This document shows, piece by piece, positions 51,533 to 63,900 of a DNA stretch of 64,000 bases. The position numbers and the translations under genes are program-made. Where the stretch lies: positions 35,280,001 to 35,344,000 of the forward strand of contig CM059432.1 in assembly GCA_030390025.1 (NCBI GenBank), written 5' to 3'. The DNA is from Squalus acanthias. Lineage: Eukaryota. Numbering within the stretch: position 1 is the first letter of the stretch; every line of letters starts with the position of its first letter. The notes below the pieces were generated by a model. The model was not told the DNA's origin and searched no databases. It worked only from the letters and a program-made list of their open reading frames with translations.

Positions 51533-53738
51533 TTTGTCTTTTTCTTTCCTTTCATTTCCTCCTTTAGCTCTGATTCCCAAATGCATAGTAAATGGTGGTT
51601 CTTTGGGCTACTATCTCATCAGCTGGCCTTGGAGTTCTGCCAAGTCAGGCACCATTTCCTATGCCCTGCCCCGCGCTGTATGATGTACTAGAGAATGAGG
51701 AATTGGGGATTTTGTGGGGAAAGCAAAAGGACCGCAGCCTGGAGACAACATCTCCAAACCCCCAAGGAGAAAGTCACCCCATCCAACGTCAAAACTTCTG
51801 TCATTGTTAAATTGAGAAACCAAGGTGAAGGTTCAAGTGCAGGAAGAGAGTAGGAGAGAAGACATAGTAACTCAGGAACTGTGAAAAGGTGAAAATGGGT
51901 GAGGAAAGCGAGCAGTTCTAGTTTTTTAAGGCCTGGGAATGAATGAGCTGTGTGCAATTCAGTTCAGCACAGTGAGGCTGTAAAATATATTGATTTCATT
52001 TTTAGAAGAGTTTTCTTTCTTTAATTTTATATATTCTTGGAATATTTATGCTTATTAAGTTCAGCGAATGGAACATTCTTAATTTTTCTCACCCAATGTT
52101 AGCACAGAACATAAGAACATAAGAAATAGGAGCAGGAGTCGGCCATTTTGCCCTTCGAGCCTGCTCCGCCATTCAATACGATCATGGCTGATCTTCTACC
52201 TCATCTCCACTTTCCTGAACTATCCCCATATCCCTTGATTCCCTTAATATTCAAAAATCTATCGATCTCTATCTTGAATATACTCAACAACGAGCCTCCA
52301 CAGCCCTCTAGGGTAGAGAATTCCAAAGATTCACCACCCTCTGAGTGAAGAAATTTCTCCTCATCTTTGTCCTAAATGGCCGACCCCTTATTCTGAGACT
52401 GTGACCCCTGGTTCTAGACTCCCCAGCCAGGGGAAACACCCTCCTTGCATCTACCTTGTCAAGCGCTCTAAGAATTTTGTATGTTTCAATGAGATCACCT
52501 CTCATTCTTCTAAACTCTAGAATAGAGAATATAGGCCTAGTCTACTCAATCTGTCCTCATAGGACAATCCCCCCATCCCAGGAACCAGTCTGGTGAACCT
52601 TCGTTGCACTCCCTCTGTAGCAAGTATATCCTTCCTTAGGTAAGGAGACCAAAACTTTGCACAATACTCCAGGTGTGGTCTCACCAGGGCCCTATATAAT
52701 TGCAATAAGACGTCTTTACTCTTATACTCAAATCCTCTTGTAATAAAGGCCAACATACCATTTGCTTTCCTAATTGCTTGCTGTACCTGCATGTTAACTA
52801 TCAGTGATTTGTGTACAAGGACACCCAGGTCCCTCTGAACACCAACATTTCCTAATCTCTCACCATTTAAAAAATAATCTGCTTTTCTATTTTTCCTATC
52901 AAAGTGGATAACTTCACAAGGGAACGGAAGTGTAGTGGTAATGTCACTGGGCTAGTAATCCAGAGGCCTCGACTAAAGATCCAGAGATGTGAGTTCAAAT
53001 CCCACCACGGCAGCTGGGGAATTTAAATTAAGTTAATTAAATAAATCTGGAATAATTACTAGTATCAGTAATGGTAACCATGAAACTATCGGATTGTCAT
53101 AAAAACCCATCTGGTTCACTAATGTCCTTTAGGGAAGGAAATCTGCCGTCCTTACCAGGTCTGGCCTATCTGTGACTCCTGACCCACAGCAATGTGGTTG
53201 ACTCTTAACTGACCCTCTGAAATGGCCCAGCAAGCCACTCAGTTGTAACAAACTGCTACAAAAAACAATAAAAAGAATGAAACCGGACGGACCGCCCGGC
53301 ATCGACCTCCGCATGGCAACGGCACACCCAGCCCAGTCGACCCTGCAAAGTCCTCTTCACCAACACCTGGGGCCTTGTGCTAAAATTGGGAGAGCTGTTC
53401 CATAGACTAGTCAAGCAACAACCTGACATAGTCATACTCACAGAATCATACCTTTCAGCCAATGTCCCAAACTCCTCCATCACCATCCATGGGTATGTCC
53501 TGTCCCACCGGCAGGACAGACCCACCAGGGGTGGCGGCACAGTGGTATACAGTTGGGAAGGAGTGGCCCTATGAAGTCTCATGGCTTCAGGTTAAGCATG
53601 GGCAAGGAAACCTCCTGCTGATTACCACCTAGCGCCCTCCCTCAGCTGATGAATCACTATTCCTCCATGTTGAACACCACTTGGATGAAGCACTGAGAGC
53701 AGCAAGGGCAGAGAATGTACTCTGGGTGGGGGACTTCA

Positions 53739-54015
53739 TAAAATTATAGAAAGTTACAGCATAGAAGGAGGCCATTTCGGCCCATCGTGCCCGCGCCGGC
53801 CAACAAAGAGCTAACCAGCCTAATCCCACTTCCCAGCTCTTGGTCCATAGCCCTGCAGGCTACCACATCCAAGTACTTTTTAAATGTGGTTAGGGTTTCT
53901 GCCTCTACCACCCTTTCAGGCAGTGAGTTCCAGACCCCCACAACCCTCTGGGTGAAGAAATTTCTCCTCAAATCCCCTCTAAACGTTCTACCAATTACTT
54001 TAAATCTGTGCTTCA
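53739..54015 (-). mobile_element. Short CR1 3' fragment nested in the tRNA-headed LINE
   Basis: MRRNFFTQRVVGVWNSLPERVVEAE; host gacttca duplicated on both sides. Confidence 0.8.
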
Positions 54016-54713
54016 GACTTCAATGTCCATCACCAAGAGGGGCTCGGTAGCACCATTACTGACCGAGCTGGCTGAGTCCTGAAGGACGTAACTGCCAGTC
54101 TGGGCCTGTGACAGGTGGTGAAAGAACCAACATGAGGGAAAAACCTACTTGACCTCGTCCTCACCAATCTACCTGTTGCAGATGCATCTGTCCATGACAG
54201 TAATGGTAGCAGTGACCACCGCACAGTCATTGTAGAGACAAAGTCCCATCATCACACTGAGGACACCCTCCATCGTGTTGTGTGGCACTACCACCGTGCT
54301 AAATGGGATAGATTCAGAACAGATCTAGCAGCTCAAAACTGGGCATCCATGAGGCCTGTGGGCCATCAGCAGCAACAGAATTGTATTCCACCACAATCTG
54401 TAACCTCATGGCCCGGCATATCCCTCACTCTACCATTACCATCAAGCCAGGGGACCAACCCTGGTTCAATAAGGAGTGTAGAAGAGCATACCAGGAGCAG
54501 CACAAATGAGGTGCCAACCTGGGGAAGCTGCAAAACAGGACTACATGCATGCTAAAAAGGAGAAGCAGTATGCTATAGACAGAGCTAAGCGATCCCACAA
54601 TCAACAGATCAGATCAAAGCTCTGCAGTCCTACCACATCCAGTCGTGAATGGTGGTGAACCATTAAACAACTAACAGGGAGGAGGAGGCTCCATGACTAT
54701 CCCCATCCTCAAT

Positions 54714-54859
54714 AGAAACATAGAAAAATAGGAGCAGGAGTAGGCCATTCGGCCCTTCAAGCCTGCTCCGCCATTCAATATGATCATGGCTGATCCTCTA
54801 TCTCAATATCATATTCCCGCTCTCTCCCCATACCCCTTGATGCCTTTTGTGCCTATTGT
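54714..54859 (-). mobile_element. CR1 3' UTR fragment nested in the tRNA-headed LINE
   Basis: agaaacatagaaaaataggagcaggagtaggccattcggccc..., the CR1 tail seen throughout the window. Confidence 0.8.
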
Positions 54860-56122
54860 CAATGATGGTAGAGCCCAGCACGTGAGTGCAAAAGACAAGG
54901 TTGAAGCGTTTGCAACCATCTTCAGCCAGAAGTGCCGAGTGGATGATTCATATTGGCCTCCTCCTGAGGTCCCCACCATCACAGAAGCCAGTCTTCAGCC
55001 AATTTGATTCACTCCACATGATATCAAGAAATGGCTCAGCGCACTGGATACAGCAAAGGCTATGGGCACTGACAACATCCCGGCTATCGTGCTGAAGACT
55101 TGTGCTCCAGAACTAGCTGTGCCTCTAGTGAAGCTGTTCCAGTACAGCTACAACACTGGCATCTATCCGACAATGTGGAAAACTGCCCAGGTATGTCCTG
55201 CCCACAAAAAGCAGGACAAATCCAACCCGGCCAATTACCGCCCCATCAGTCTACTCTCAATCATCAGCAAAGTGATGGAAGGTGTCATCGACAGTGCTAT
55301 CAAGCGGCACTTACTCACCAATAACCTGCTCACTGATGCCCAGTTTGGGTTCCGCCAAGACCACTCGGCTCCCGACCTCATTACAGCCAGAGGTGAGGTG
55401 AGAGTGACTGCCCTTGACATCAAGGCAGCATTTGACCGAGTCTGGTATGAAGGAGCCCTAGTAAAACTGAAGTCAATGGGAATCGGGGGGGAAAACTCGA
55501 CTGGCTGGAGTCATACCTAGCACAAAGGAAGATGGTTGTGGTGATTGAAGATCAATCATCACAGCCCCAGGACATCACTGCAGGAGTTCCTCAGGGCAGT
55601 GTCCTAGGCCCAACAATCTTCAGCTGCTTCATCAATGACCTTCCCTCCAACATAAGGTCAAAAATGGGAATGTTTGCTGATGACTGCACAGTGTTCAGTG
55701 CCATTCACAACTCCTCAGATAATGAAGCAGTCCATGCCCGCATGCAGCAAAACCTGGATGACGTTCAGGCTTGGGCTGATAAGTGGCAGGTAACATTCAC
55801 GCCACAGAAGTGCCAGGCAATGACTATCTCCAACAAGCGAGAGTCTAACCCCACCATCAACATCCTGGGGGTCACCATTGACCAGAAACTTAACTGGACC
55901 AGCCACATAAGTACTGTGACGACAAGAGCAGGTCAGAGGCTAGGTATTACTTCCTGACTCCCCAAAGCCTTTCTAGCATCTACAAGGCACAAGTAAGGAG
56001 TGTGATGGAATACTCTCCACTTGCCTGGATGAGTGCAGCTCCAACAACACTCAAGAACCTCGACACCATCCAGGACAAAGCAGCCTGCTTGATTGGCACC
56101 CCATCTACCACCTTAAACATTC

Positions 56123-58095
56123 TCTTCTTCTCTTCGGCAGTCCCTGTGAACTGAGGATGACTTGCTTCCACATTAAAAATGAGTTCTCCGGTGACTGATG
56201 AGTCCAATGCGAGACCTACAGTCTCTGTCACAGGTGGGGCAGATGGTGGTTGAAGGGGCGGGTGGGTGGGGTGCTTGGGTTGACGTGCGCTCCTTGTGTT
56301 GCTTGCGCTTGGTTTCCACTTGCTCCCGGCGAAGAGACTCGAGGTGTTCGGCGCCTTCCCGGATGCTTCTCCTCTACTTTGTGCGGTCTTGGGCCAGGGA
56401 TTCCCATGTGTCATTGGGGATGTTGCACTTTTTCAAGGAGGCTTTGAGGGTGTCCTTGAAGCGTTTCCTTTGCCCACCTGGGGCTCTCTTGCCGTGCCGG
56501 AGCTCCGAGTAGAGCGCATGTTTTGGGAGTCTCGTATCGAGCATGCGGACGATGTGACCCGTCTATCGGAGCTGATCGAGCGTGGTCAAAGCTTCGATGC
56601 TGGGGATGTTGGCCTGAGCGAGAACACTGACGTTGATGCGCCTATCCTGCCAATGGGTTTACAGGATCTTGCGGAGACAGCGTTGGTGGTACCTCTCCAG
56701 TGCTTTGAGGTGCCTGCTGTACATGGTCCATGTCTCTGAGGCATACAGCAGGGCGGGTATCACTGCTGCTCTGTAGACCATGAGCTTAGTGCCGGGTTTG
56801 AGGTGCTGGTCTTCAAACACTCTCTTCCTCAGGCGACCGAAGGCTGCACTGGCACACTGAAGGCGGTGTTGGACTTCGTCATCGACGTCTGCCCTTGTTG
56901 ACAGTAGGCTCCCGAGGTATGGAAAGTGGTCCACGTTGTCCAAGGCCTTGTCGTGGATTTTGATTATTGGGGGGCTGTACTGTGTGGTGGGGGCAGGTTG
57001 GTAGAGGACCTTTGTCTTACGGATGTTTAGTGTAAGGCCCATGCTCTCGTACGCTTCGGTGAATGTGTTGACGATGGTTTGGAGTTCGACCTCCGAGTGA
57101 GCGCAGACACAAGCGTCGTCTGCATACTGTAAATCGACGACAGAGGATGGGACGACCTTGGATCTGGACTGGAGGTGACGGAGGTTGAACAGTTTCCCGT
57201 TAGTTCTGTAAATTAGTTCCACTCCAGCAGGGAGCTTACTGAGGGTGAGATGGCGCATTGCAGCAAGGAAGATCGAGAAGAGCGTTAGTGCAATGACACA
57301 GCTTTGCTTGACCCCGGTCCATACGTGAATTGGGTCTGTGGTGGAACCGTTGGTCAGGATCACGGCTTGCATGTCATCGTGAAGCAGGCGGAGGATAGTG
57401 ACAAACTTTTGAGGGCAGCTGATTTGAGGAGGACACTCCATAATCCCTCACGGTTGACAGTGTCGAAGGCCTTTGTGAGATCAAAGAAGACCATGTACAG
57501 CGGTTGGTGCTGTTCCCTGCATTTCTCTTGTAATTGACGCGCGGTGAAGATCATGTCCATTGTGCCCCTTAGTGGGTGGAATCCGCATTGTGACTCTGGG
57601 AGGAGCTCTTCGGCCACTGGGAGAAGGCAATTGAGGAGGATTCTTGCGATGACTTTCCCTGTGGCAGACAGCAGGGAAACTCCTCTGTAATTACCGCAGT
57701 CGGACTTGTCACCTTTCTTGAAGATGGTCAAAATTACGGCGCCACTGAGATCCCCTGGCATGCTCTCCTCCTTCCAGATAAGAGAAATTAGTTCATGAAT
57801 TCGCGCCAATAGTGCTTCTCCGCTATGCTTTAGTGCCTCGGCAGGGATTCCATCTGCTCCTGAGGCCTTGTTGTTCTTCAGTTGTCGGATGGCCTTTCCA
57901 ACCTCATGCTGGGCTGGGGTTGTGCTGAGATGGTGGCGGGTAGCATGCTGCGGGATGGAGTTGAAGACAGAGTCTCGGTTAAGGAGATCTTCGAAGTGCT
58001 CCTTCCAGCGGGCACTGACTGCCTCTCTGTCCTTGATGAGTACCTCTCCGTTCTTGGCCCGCAGTGGGGTAGGACCTTGGGTGCTTGGGCGATAG
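56123..58095 (-). mobile_element. RTE-clade (BovB-like) LINE, 5'-truncated, inserted in the tRNA-headed LINE
   Basis: ORFs 57360-57809 (KGDKSDCGNYRGVSLLS, LPESQCGF) and 56659-57441 (LQYADD). (GAA)-type 3' tail at 56123-56133. Host attc duplicated at 56119-56122 and 58096-58099. Confidence 0.88.
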
Positions 58096-60066
58096 ATTCA
58101 CTCCCTCCACCACCGGCGTACCGTGGCTGCAGTGTGTACCATCTACAAGATGCACTGCAGCAACTCACCAAGGTTTCTTCAGCAGCACCTCCCAAACCCG
58201 TGACCTCTTTCACCTAGAAGGACAAGGGCAGCAGGCGCATGGGAACACCACCACCTCCAAGTTCCCCTCCAAGTCACACACCATCCTGACTTAGAAGTAT
58301 ATCGCTGATCCTTTATCGGTGCTGGGTCAAAATCCTGGAACTCCCTACCTAACAGCACTGTGGGAGTACCTTCACCACACGGAGTGCAGCGGTTCAAGAA
58401 GGCGGCTCACCACCATCTTCTCGAGGGCAATTAGGGATGGGCAATAAATGCTGGCCTTGCCAGCGACGCCCACATTCCATAAACAAATTAAAAAATAGAT
58501 AATTCTCCACATTATATTCCATTTGCCATGTTCTTGCCCACTTACTTAGCCTGTCTATATCCCCTTGAAGCCTCCTTGCATCCTCCTCACAACTTACATT
58601 CCCACCCAGCTTTGTATCCTCAGCAAAGTTGGATATATTACATTTGGTCCCCTCATCCAAATCATCGATGTAGATTGTGAATAGCTGAGGCCCAAGCACT
58701 GATCCTTGCGGTACCCCACTAGTTACAGCCTGCCAACCCGAAAATGACCCATTTATTCTTGCTCTCTGTTTTCTGTCTGTTAACCAATTCTCAATCCATG
58801 CTAGTATATTACCCCAATCCCAGGAGCCCTAATTTAGTTTAATAACCTCTTGTTTGGCACCTTATCGAATGCCTTCTGAAAATCCAAATACACCACATTA
58901 TCTATTCTGCTAGTTACCACCTCAAAAAACTCTAATAGATTTGTCAAACACGATTTCCCTTTCATAAATCCGTGTTGACTCTGCCCAATCCTATTATTAT
59001 TTTCTAAGTGCCCTGATACCACGTCCTTAATAATAGATTCCAGCAAACTGGTCTGTAGTTCCCCGTTTTTTTCTCTCCCTCCTTTCTTAAATAGTGGGGT
59101 TACATTTGCTACCTTCCAATCCGCGGGAACCGTTCTAGAATCTATGGAATTTTGAATAATGACAACCAATGCATCCACTATCTCTATAGCCAACTCTTTC
59201 AAAACCCTAGGATGTAGGCCATCAGGTCCAGGGGATTTATCGGCTTTCAGTCCCATTAATTTCTCCAGTACTACTTTTTTACGAATACTAATTTCTTTCA
59301 GTTCCTCATTCTCACTCGACCCTTGGTTCTCCACTATTTCCGGGAAGATTTTTGCGTCTTCGTCCGTGAAGACAAACACAAAGTATTTGTTTAATTTTTC
59401 TGCCATTTCCTTATTCCCAATTATAATTTCTCCCGTCTCAGCCTGTAAGGGACCTACATTTACTTTGGCTTATATTTTCCTTTTTACATACCTATAGAAG
59501 CTTTTACAGTCTGTTTTTATGTCTCTCGCTAGTTTACTCTCATTCTATTTTCCCTTTCATCATCAATTTCTTGGTCCTCCTTTGCTGAATTCTAAAATCC
59601 TCCCAATCCTCAGGCTTACTACTGTTTTTGGCAACATTATAAGCTTCTTCCTTTGATCTAATACTATCTTTAACTTCTCTTGTTAGCCACGGTTGAACCA
59701 CTTTTCCTGTGGGGTTTTTGTGTCTTAAAGGAATGTATATTTGTTGTAAATTATGTATTAATTCTTTAAATGCTAGTCATTGCTCGTCCACTGTCATACC
59801 TTTTAATGTAGTTTCCCAATCTACCTTAGACAACTCGCCCCTCATACCTACGTAGTTTGCTTTGTTTAGATTTAAGACTCTAGTTTCGGATTTACCTAAG
59901 TCACTTTCAAACTCAATATAAAATTCTATCATATTATGGTTACTCTTTCCTAAAGGCCCCTTTACTACAAGGTTATTAATTAACTCTTTCTCGTTGCACA
60001 ATACTAGATCTAAAGTAGCCTGTTCCCTAGTTGGTTCCTCAACATACTGATCTAGAAAACTATTAG

Positions 60067-60162
60067 TTACAGCATGGGTTAGATAGAGAGTAAAGCTCCC
60101 TCTACACTGTCACATCAAACACTCCGAGGACAGGTACAGCACGGGTTAGATCCCTCTACACT
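60067..60162. repeat. Remnant of a ~67-bp tandem satellite unit (1.4 copies)
   Basis: tacagcatgggttagat...ctccctctacactg...tacagcacgggttagat. Confidence 0.5.
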
Positions 60163-60493
60163 GCTCCAACAATGTTAGGTATGGAGCCTTTTCCTTTCGA
60201 CGCCCATTGAATTAAGTTTTGCTCAGGCTCCTTGGTGTCATGCTGTGATTGATGACGAGGGCAGCAATTTTCACCTCTCCTCTGAGGTTCAGCTTGTGCC
60301 CATTTCTGGATTAAGGTTATGATCAGCTTTGCAGTCAAGTGGTTCTAGCAGAACTCAAAATGAGCGATGATGATCAGATTATTGGTGAGTAGGTGTTGCT
60401 TGACAGCACTACTGATGACTCCATCCATTATTTTACTTATGATTGGGAGGAGGCTGACCAGGTTAGATCTTCAGCTACTTCATCAATGACCTT

Positions 60494-60780
60494 CGGATGT
60501 GACGTTAAACTGAGGCCCTATCTGCCCTGTCAGGTGGATGCAAGAGCCCATGACCCCTATTGGAAGAACAGGGAAGTTCTCCCTCAACCAACATCACTAA
60601 AAACAGATTATCTGGTCGTTTATCTCATTAGCATTTGTGGGAGCTTACTATGCGCAAATTGACTGCTGCGTTTCCTACATTACAACAGCGACTACACTTC
60701 AAAAGTATTTCATATATAAAGCACTTTGGGATGTCCTGAGGTCATGAAAGGCGCTGTATAAATGCAAGTCTTTCTTTTTC
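60494..60780 (+). mobile_element. Deu-domain SINE 3' portion
   Basis: cggatgtgacgttaaactgagg...gaaaggcgctgtataaatgcaagtctttc. Confidence 0.7.
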
Positions 60781-60912
60781 TTCCCCCTGTCATAAAGTCA
60801 AGAGTGGAGCTGTTCACTGCCGATTCCAGAGTGTTCAGCTCCATTCACAATTTCCCTGATGGCGAAGGAGCCGTTGCAAGCTAATAACCATCTCGACAAA
60901 AAAGCCCAGTCA

Positions 60913-63900
60913 TTTCTTTTTTTAATTTGTTCATGGGATGTGGGCGTCGCTGGCAATGCCAGCATTTATTGCCCATCCCTAGTTGCCCTTGAGAAGGTGG
61001 TGGTGAGCCGCCTCCTTAAACCGCTGCAGTCTGTGTGGTGAAGGTACTCCCACAGTGCTGTTAGGTAGGGAGTTCCAGGATTTTGACCCAGCGATGATGA
61101 AGGATTGGCAATATACTTCTAAGTCAGAATGGTGTGTGACTTGGAGGGGAACTTGGAGGTGGTGGTGTTCCCATTCGCCTGCTGCCCTTGTCTTTCTAGG
61201 TGGAAGAGGTCGCGGGTTTGGGAGGTGCTGCCAAAGAAGCCTTGGCGAGTTGCTGCAGTGCATCCTGTAGATGGTACACACTGCAGCCACGGTACACCGG
61301 TGGTGGAGGGAGTGAATGTTTAAGGTGGTGGATGGGGTGCCAATCAAGCGGGCTGCTTTGTCCTGGATGGTGTCGAGCTTCTTGAGTGTTGTTGGAGCTG
61401 CACTCATCCAGGCAAGTGGAGAGTATTCCATCACACTCCTTACTTGTGCCTTGTAGATGGTGGAAAGGCTTTGGGGACTCAAGAGGTGAGACACTCGCCT
61501 CAGAATACCTAGCCTCTGACCTTTTCTTGATGCCACAGTATTTATGTGGCTGGTCCAGTTAAGTTTCTGGTTAATGGTGACCCCCAGGATGTTGATAGTG
61601 GGGGATTCGGCGATGGTAATGCCAATGAATGTCAAGGGGAGGTGGTTAGACTCTCGCTTGTTGGAGATAGTCATTGCCTGGCACTTCTGTGGCGTGAATG
61701 TTACGCGCCACTTATCAGCCCAAGCCTGAATGTCATCCAGGTCTTGTTGCATGTGGGCATGGACTTCTTCATTATCTGTGGAGTTGCGAATGGCGCTGAA
61801 CACTGTGCAGTTATCAGCGAACATCCCCATTTCTGACCTTATGTTGGAGGGAAGGTCATTGATTAAGCAGCTGAAGATGGTTGGGCCTAGGACACTGCCC
61901 TGAGGAACTCCTGCAGCGATGTCCTGGGGCTGTGATGATTGACCTTCAACCACCACAACCATCTTCCTTTGTGCTTGGTATGACTCCAGCCAATAGAGAG
62001 TTTTCCCCCCGATTCCCATTGACTTCAGTTTTACTAGGGCTCCTTGATGCCAGACTCGGTCAAATGCTGCCTTGATGTCACTCTCACCTCACCTCTGGAA
62101 TTCAGCTCCTTTGTCCATGTTTGGACCAAGGCTGTAATGAGGTCGGGAGCAGAGTGGTCTTGGCGGAACCCAAACTGGGCATCAGTGAGCAGGTTATTGG
62201 TGAGTAAGTGCCGCTTGATAGCACTGTCGATGACACCTTCCATCACTTTGCTGATGATTGAGAGTAGACTGATGGGGCAGTAATTGGCCGGGTTGGATTT
62301 GTCCTGCTTTTTGTGGACAGGACATACCTGGGCAGTTTTCCACATTGTCGGATAGATGCCAGTGTTGTAGCTGTACTGGAACAGCTTGGCTAGAGGCACG
62401 GCTAGTTCTGGAGCACAAGTCTTCAGCACGATAGCCGGGATGTTGTCGGGGCCCATAGCCTTTGCTGTATCCAGTGAATTCAATTGGCTGAAGAATGGCT
62501 TCTGTAATGGTGGGGACCTCGGGAGTAGGCCGATATGGATCAGCCTTGTCTTTTGCACTCACGTGCTGGGCTCCACCATCATTGAGGATGGGGATATTCT
62601 TGGAGCCTCCTCCTCCCGTTAGTTGTTTAACGGTCCACCACCATTCACGACTGAATGTGACAGGACTGCAGAGCTTTGATCTGATCCGTTGATTGTGGGA
62701 TCGCTTAGCCCTGTCTATAGCATGCTGCTTCCACTTTTTAGCATGCATGTAGTCCTGTGTTGCAGCTTCCCCAGGTTGGCACCTCATTTTTAGGTACGCC
62801 TGATGCTGCTCCTGTACACTCGTTGTTGAACCAGGGTTGGTAATGGTACAGTGAGGGATATGCCGGGCCATGAGGTTACAGATTGTGGTGGAATACAATT
62901 CTGCTGCTGGCCCACAGCGCCTCATGGATGCCCAGTTTTGAGCTGCTAGATCTGTTCTGAATCTATCCAATTTAGTACAGTGGTAGTGCCACACAACACG
63001 ATGGAGGGGGTCCTCAGTGTGAAGACGGGACTTCGTCTCCACAATGACTGTGCAGTGGTCACAGCTACCAATACTGTCATGGATAGATGCATCTGCGACA
63101 GGTAGATTGGTGAGGACGAGGTCAAGTAGGTTTTTCCCTCGTGTTGGTTTCTCTCACCACCTGTCACAGGCCCAGACTGGCAGCTATTGTCCTTCAGTAC
63201 TCAGCCACTCTTGGTGATGGACATTGAAGTCCCCACCCAGAGTACATTCTGTGCCCTTGCTACTCTCAGTGCTTCTTCCAAGTGGTGTTCAACATGGTGG
63301 AGTACTGATTCATCAGCTGAGGGAGGGCAGTAGGTGGTAATCAGCAGGTTGTTTCCTTGCCCATGCTTGACCTGAAGCCATGAGACTTCATGGGGTCTGG
63401 AGTCAATGTTGAGGACTCCCAGGGCCACTCCTTCCCGACTGTATACCACTGTGCCACCGGTGGGATAGGACATACCCAGGGATGGTGATGGAGGAGTTCG
63501 GGACATTGGCTGAAAGGTATGATTCTGTGAGTATGACTATGGCAGGCTGTTGCTTGACTAGTCTGTGGGACAGCTCTCCCAATTTTGGCACAAGTCCCCA
63601 GATGTTGGTGAGGAGGACTTTGCAGGGTTGACTGGGCTGGGTGTGCGTTGTCGTGTCCGTAGCCGGTGCCGAGGTTGATGCCGCGTGGTCCGTCCCGTTT
63701 CATTCTTATTATTTTGTAGCGGTTAGTTACAACTGAGTGACTTGCTGGGCCATTAAGTCACATATAGGCCAGACCAAGTAAGGATGGCAGATTTCTTTCC
63801 CTAAAGGACATTAGTGAACCAGATGGGTTTTTACGACAATCCGATAGTTTCATGGTTACCATTACTGATACTAGCTTTTTATTCCAGATTTACTTAATTA

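Larger units (their letters stand above)
52920..58497 (+). mobile_element. Full-length single-ORF non-LTR retrotransposon (CR1/L2-group APE-RT) with tRNA-like Pol III head; degenerate, interrupted by three insertions
   Basis: Head gtgtagtggtaatg...ctgggCTAGTAAtccag...gagttcaaatccc at 52928-53003; ATG at 53277. APE motifs DIVILTES, GDFN, LDLVLTN, SDH. RT motifs [34 protein letters not shown]. Stop at ~58434 followed by a short A-rich tail. Confidence 0.85.
52107..60060 (-). mobile_element. CR1 LINE (ORF2 remnants) split into 52107-52918 and 58498-60060 by the tRNA-headed LINE
   Basis: ORF pieces [45 protein letters not shown]. Octamer tail (aacataag)n at ~52108. Sequence is colinear across the insertion. 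Confidence 0.88.

Noticed and set aside
52928..53005. Functional tRNA gene
   Set aside because: Duplicated arm, no proper acceptor stem, no downstream T-run terminator, and it is contiguous with a retroelement.
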